A DNA stretch of 64,000 nucleotides from Verrucomicrobiota bacterium (lineage in GTDB: Bacteria; Verrucomicrobiota; Verrucomicrobiia; Limisphaerales; JADLHS01), in assembly GCA_049840435.1 (NCBI GenBank), contig JASGKY010000038.1, positions 25,333-89,332 of the forward strand, in the 5' to 3' direction. The position numbers and the translations under genes were made by a program. Position 1 is the stretch's first letter. Every line of letters begins with the position of its first letter. Below are positions 61,604 to 64,000 of the stretch, piece by piece. Under the pieces are notes generated by a model. The model saw nothing but the letters and a program-made list of their open reading frames with translations. It was not told where the DNA came from and did not search any database.

Positions 61604-62836
61604 TCAATCTCCATCAGGTTTGTTTGAATCAACAGCTGGACTAGCCGGCATCGCGAATCGATCGGATGCATCCGGATGCGCGGGATCAAAAATTTCCACA
61701 TCAGCAGCGAGGAACTTCGCTAGTGCCGGCACGTTCTGCCGGATACCCTCCACCACGCACCGCGCCAGCTCATAACTGCCGTAGTTGTTATGATGCGTTC
61801 CATCCTGAAATGCCTTATCAAGATTCGGGCCGAGCGCACGATAGAAAACCTTGCTCGTCGCATGCAGATCAATCAACGCCACGCCGTCTTCTTTAGACAC
61901 ATCGCGCACCGTCTGTGGATAACCCGCCAGCGTGTCGCGCTCAACACCAGCCTTGCGCTCCATCGAAGTCACCAACACCGGAGTCGCGCCACGCTCCCGG
62001 GCCTGCTGCACAATCTTCTTCAAATTCGACTTGTAGGTCGCCAGCGCGTTCGTGGCTTTATCCTTCATATCGTTGTGGCCGAACTGCACCAGCAACCAGT
62101 CGTTCGTCTTCATCACGCTGAACACCTTATCGAAGCGTTTCGCCCCGAGGGAGCTCTTGATGGACTCGCCGGACTGCGCGTAGTTCGCCACCGCGATGCC
62201 CGACCCGAAGAAGCGCGGCAACATCTGCCCCCAACTGTTCCATGGCTCACGCGGCTGATCGCACACAGTGGAATCGCCGGTGAGAAAAATGGTCGGCACG
62301 TTTGTCGGCGTGATTTCCAGCGCGCGCAGGGCCGGATGATTGCCAAGAAACTCCAGCGTGAGTTTGTCATCCCACGTGATCATCTCCGTCTCCAATTCGC
62401 GCTTCTTCAACTTTACCCGCCCGCTGGAAGCAAATTCCGGGCGACGCACATTCACGGTGAAGGTCCGCGTTACAGTTCCACCGGGCGCGATTGTCACGCG
62501 CTCTAGCATGAGTCGCCGCGCCTCGGCTTTGATCGTCAGTTCTGACGATGCCGTTCCGCCCAGCGTGACCGCGACCGAATAATTTCCCTCCCGCAACCCC
62601 GCCGAGAAGGAAAACGGCTGATCGCCGGAAATGAAATCTTTCCCGCCAGTAAGGTGGACAGGATTTTCAAAACCGAAGCCGCTCTCCACCGAATACTGAT
62701 TGGTCGGAGACATCTGTATCCAACCAGGGCGGGCCTGATCGTTACCAAAACTCAATTTATATCGCCCCTGCTCCGCATCCGCCAAACCAGCCAGCGGCAA
62801 AGACAGCACCGCCAGCCATTGAATCGTCTTTTGCAT
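61604..62836 (-). CDS. Rhamnogalacturonan acetylesterase-like SGNH hydrolase (CE12-like) with an N-terminal beta-sandwich domain
   Basis: Signal peptide MQKTIQWLAVLSLPLAGLADA. SGNH blocks: IFLTGDSTVCDQ (block I), GHNDMK (block III), DGTHHNNYG (block V). It sits in pectin context. Confidence 0.8.
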   Translation of the reverse strand: MQKTIQWLAVLSLPLAGLADAEQGRYKLSFGNDQARPGWIQMSPTNQYSVESGFGFENPVHLTGGKDFISGDQPFSFSAGLREGNYSVAVTLGGTASSELTIKAEARRLMLERVTIAPGGTVTRTFTVNVRRPEFASSGRVKLKKRELETEMITWDDKLTLEFLGNHPALRALEITPTNVPTIFLTGDSTVCDQPREPWNSWGQMLPRFFGSGIAVANYAQSGESIKSSLGAKRFDKVFSVMKTNDWLLVQFGHNDMKDKATNALATYKSNLKKIVQQARERGATPVLVTSMERKAGVERDTLAGYPQTVRDVSKEDGVALIDLHATSKVFYRALGPNLDKAFQDGTHHNNYGSYELARCVVEGIRQNVPALAKFLAADVEIFDPAHPDASDRFAMPASPAVDSNKPDGD

Positions 62837-62851
62837 ATTCTGGGACGTCGG

Positions 62852-64000
62852 TCACTTCGCCCGAATCGTTACGCTGTCATTTGCCAAGCCTTCCGCCGTG
62901 GCCGTAAGTTTAATCTTGCCGCTTTCGCCTGCTTTGGCACGCACGATCACGAGCGCCAATCCATTGAATGCCTTCCGCTCCGGCGCTTGAAACGATTCAA
63001 AGCTCGTCGGGTCGCCGTTGTCCGTAGCAATGATTTCCCCCGGACCTTCGATCACGAACTTGAGCTGGTTCTTCGACCGCGGCACGAGTTGACCTTTCTT
63101 GTCCGCCACCGTCACGGTGACGAACGACAGATCCTTTCCGTCCGCCGCAATCATCGCGCGATCTGACGTCAGCGTGAGTTTCGCCGCCAGGCCAGTGGTT
63201 CTCACCACGTCGGCTGCCCACTTCTTGCCGTTCTTGTAAGCAACAACCTTAAGTTCGCCCGGGGCGTATTCCACGTCGTCCCAGCGCAAACGATAGTCGA
63301 GCGTGGCTTTTTTCTTTCGTCCGAGGGATTTGCCGTTGAGGAACAACTCCGCCTCGTCGCCGCTGGTGTAAACGTGAACCGGCGTCACTTCACCTTCGCG
63401 CCCTAGCCAGTTCCAGTGCGGGAGGATGTGCGCCATCCGCAACTCCGACCGCCAGCGCGACTGATAGAGATAGAACCGATCCTTCTTGAAACCCGCCAGG
63501 TCCACGATGCCAAAGTAGCTGCTGCGCGACGGCGTGCGGATCTTGCCCATCTCGGCCAGCTCCTTTTCTGCGCGCGCCTTGTCTTCGGCATTGGAATAGT
63601 TGTTCAGGTTGCTCAGATCGGAGTTGTACCGCGTCGGCTCGCCCAGATAGTCGAAGCCGGTCCAGACGAACTCTCCGGCAAGATAGCCGTTCGTATCCTG
63701 TCCGCGAAACTCCGTCTCAGGCGTCATCGCCCAACGCGGCGCGTACAGGTCATAACTGCTCACCTGAAAATCCGCGAGCCCTTGCAGTTTATCCTCGCTC
63801 ACGGGGAAAAAGTATTCGCCGCGCGTGCTGACCGTGGACGCCGTCTCGCTGCCGTAGAGCGGGACGAGCGAATTCGTGGCGCGAAACTTCGCGTAGAGGT
63901 GCGGTTTGTAGTTGTAGCCGAACACATCCACGGTGGTGGCAAACCCGTTGAACCCGGCGATGTCGTGATTGCAACCGGCGGTCACCGGGCGTGTCGGATC
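62852..64000 (-). CDS. Glycoside hydrolase family 2, C-terminal part (N-terminus beyond the right edge)
   Basis: The frame is open to the window end. The C-terminal half is paralogous to the 59179-61599 GH2 (DUF4982-like region, then the Big_4-like LTLTSDRAMIAADGKDLSFVTVTVADKKGQLVP...IEGPGEIIATDNGDP). Confidence 0.8.
   Translation of the reverse strand, partial: DPTRPVTAGCNHDIAGFNGFATTVDVFGYNYKPHLYAKFRATNSLVPLYGSETASTVSTRGEYFFPVSEDKLQGLADFQVSSYDLYAPRWAMTPETEFRGQDTNGYLAGEFVWTGFDYLGEPTRYNSDLSNLNNYSNAEDKARAEKELAEMGKIRTPSRSSYFGIVDLAGFKKDRFYLYQSRWRSELRMAHILPHWNWLGREGEVTPVHVYTSGDEAELFLNGKSLGRKKKATLDYRLRWDDVEYAPGELKVVAYKNGKKWAADVVRTTGLAAKLTLTSDRAMIAADGKDLSFVTVTVADKKGQLVPRSKNQLKFVIEGPGEIIATDNGDPTSFESFQAPERKAFNGLALVIVRAKAGESGKIKLTATAEGLANDSVTIRAK

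Overview
GC-rich (roughly 58-60% by eye) bacterial chromosomal segment. The gene content suggests a Verrucomicrobiota/PVC-type polysaccharide degrader: a PEP-CTERM protein, a multi-kb Ig/Calx-beta surface protein and a pectin CAZyme cluster. All family calls were made by eye from motifs, with no database search. Gene order, left to right: (1) aspS, then frame-broken SufT-like and LpxL-family genes and a D-cysteine desulfhydrase-family gene. (2) An 11.7-kb gene for a giant secreted M36 metalloprotease/adhesin, divergent from a PEP-CTERM gene. (3) A 10.4-kb complex I membrane-arm operon, nuoI-H-J-K-L-M-(HEAT)-M-N, with two NuoM paralogues and a 703-aa NuoL. It is preceded co-directionally by a DHOD-like flavoprotein gene and a frame-broken ~1207-codon pyruvate:ferredoxin oxidoreductase. 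(4) A mixed block: Zn-ribbon membrane protein, DUF309, CvpA-like protein, two ECF sigma/anti-sigma modules (one coupled to a polyprenyl synthase), a frame-broken D-aminoacylase, a beta-lactamase-family hydrolase, a REC-GAF histidine kinase, FKBP, a LuxR-type regulator with a degenerate receiver, and a Zn-ribbon SDR. (5) From 49.3 kb to the right edge, a rhamnogalacturonan/pectin cluster: PL4-like lyase, two large unassigned hydrolase-like proteins, GH95, two GH2 and CE12. I saw no rRNA, tRNA, CRISPR array, transposase or integrase. About ten single-nucleotide frame breaks interrupt otherwise conserved genes, nearly all at short G/C runs, and look like assembly errors rather than decay. The best candidate for something new is the 2M-type complex I operon, with a low-GC, membrane-anchored HEAT-repeat gene wedged tightly between the two nuoM copies and PFOR encoded directly upstream.
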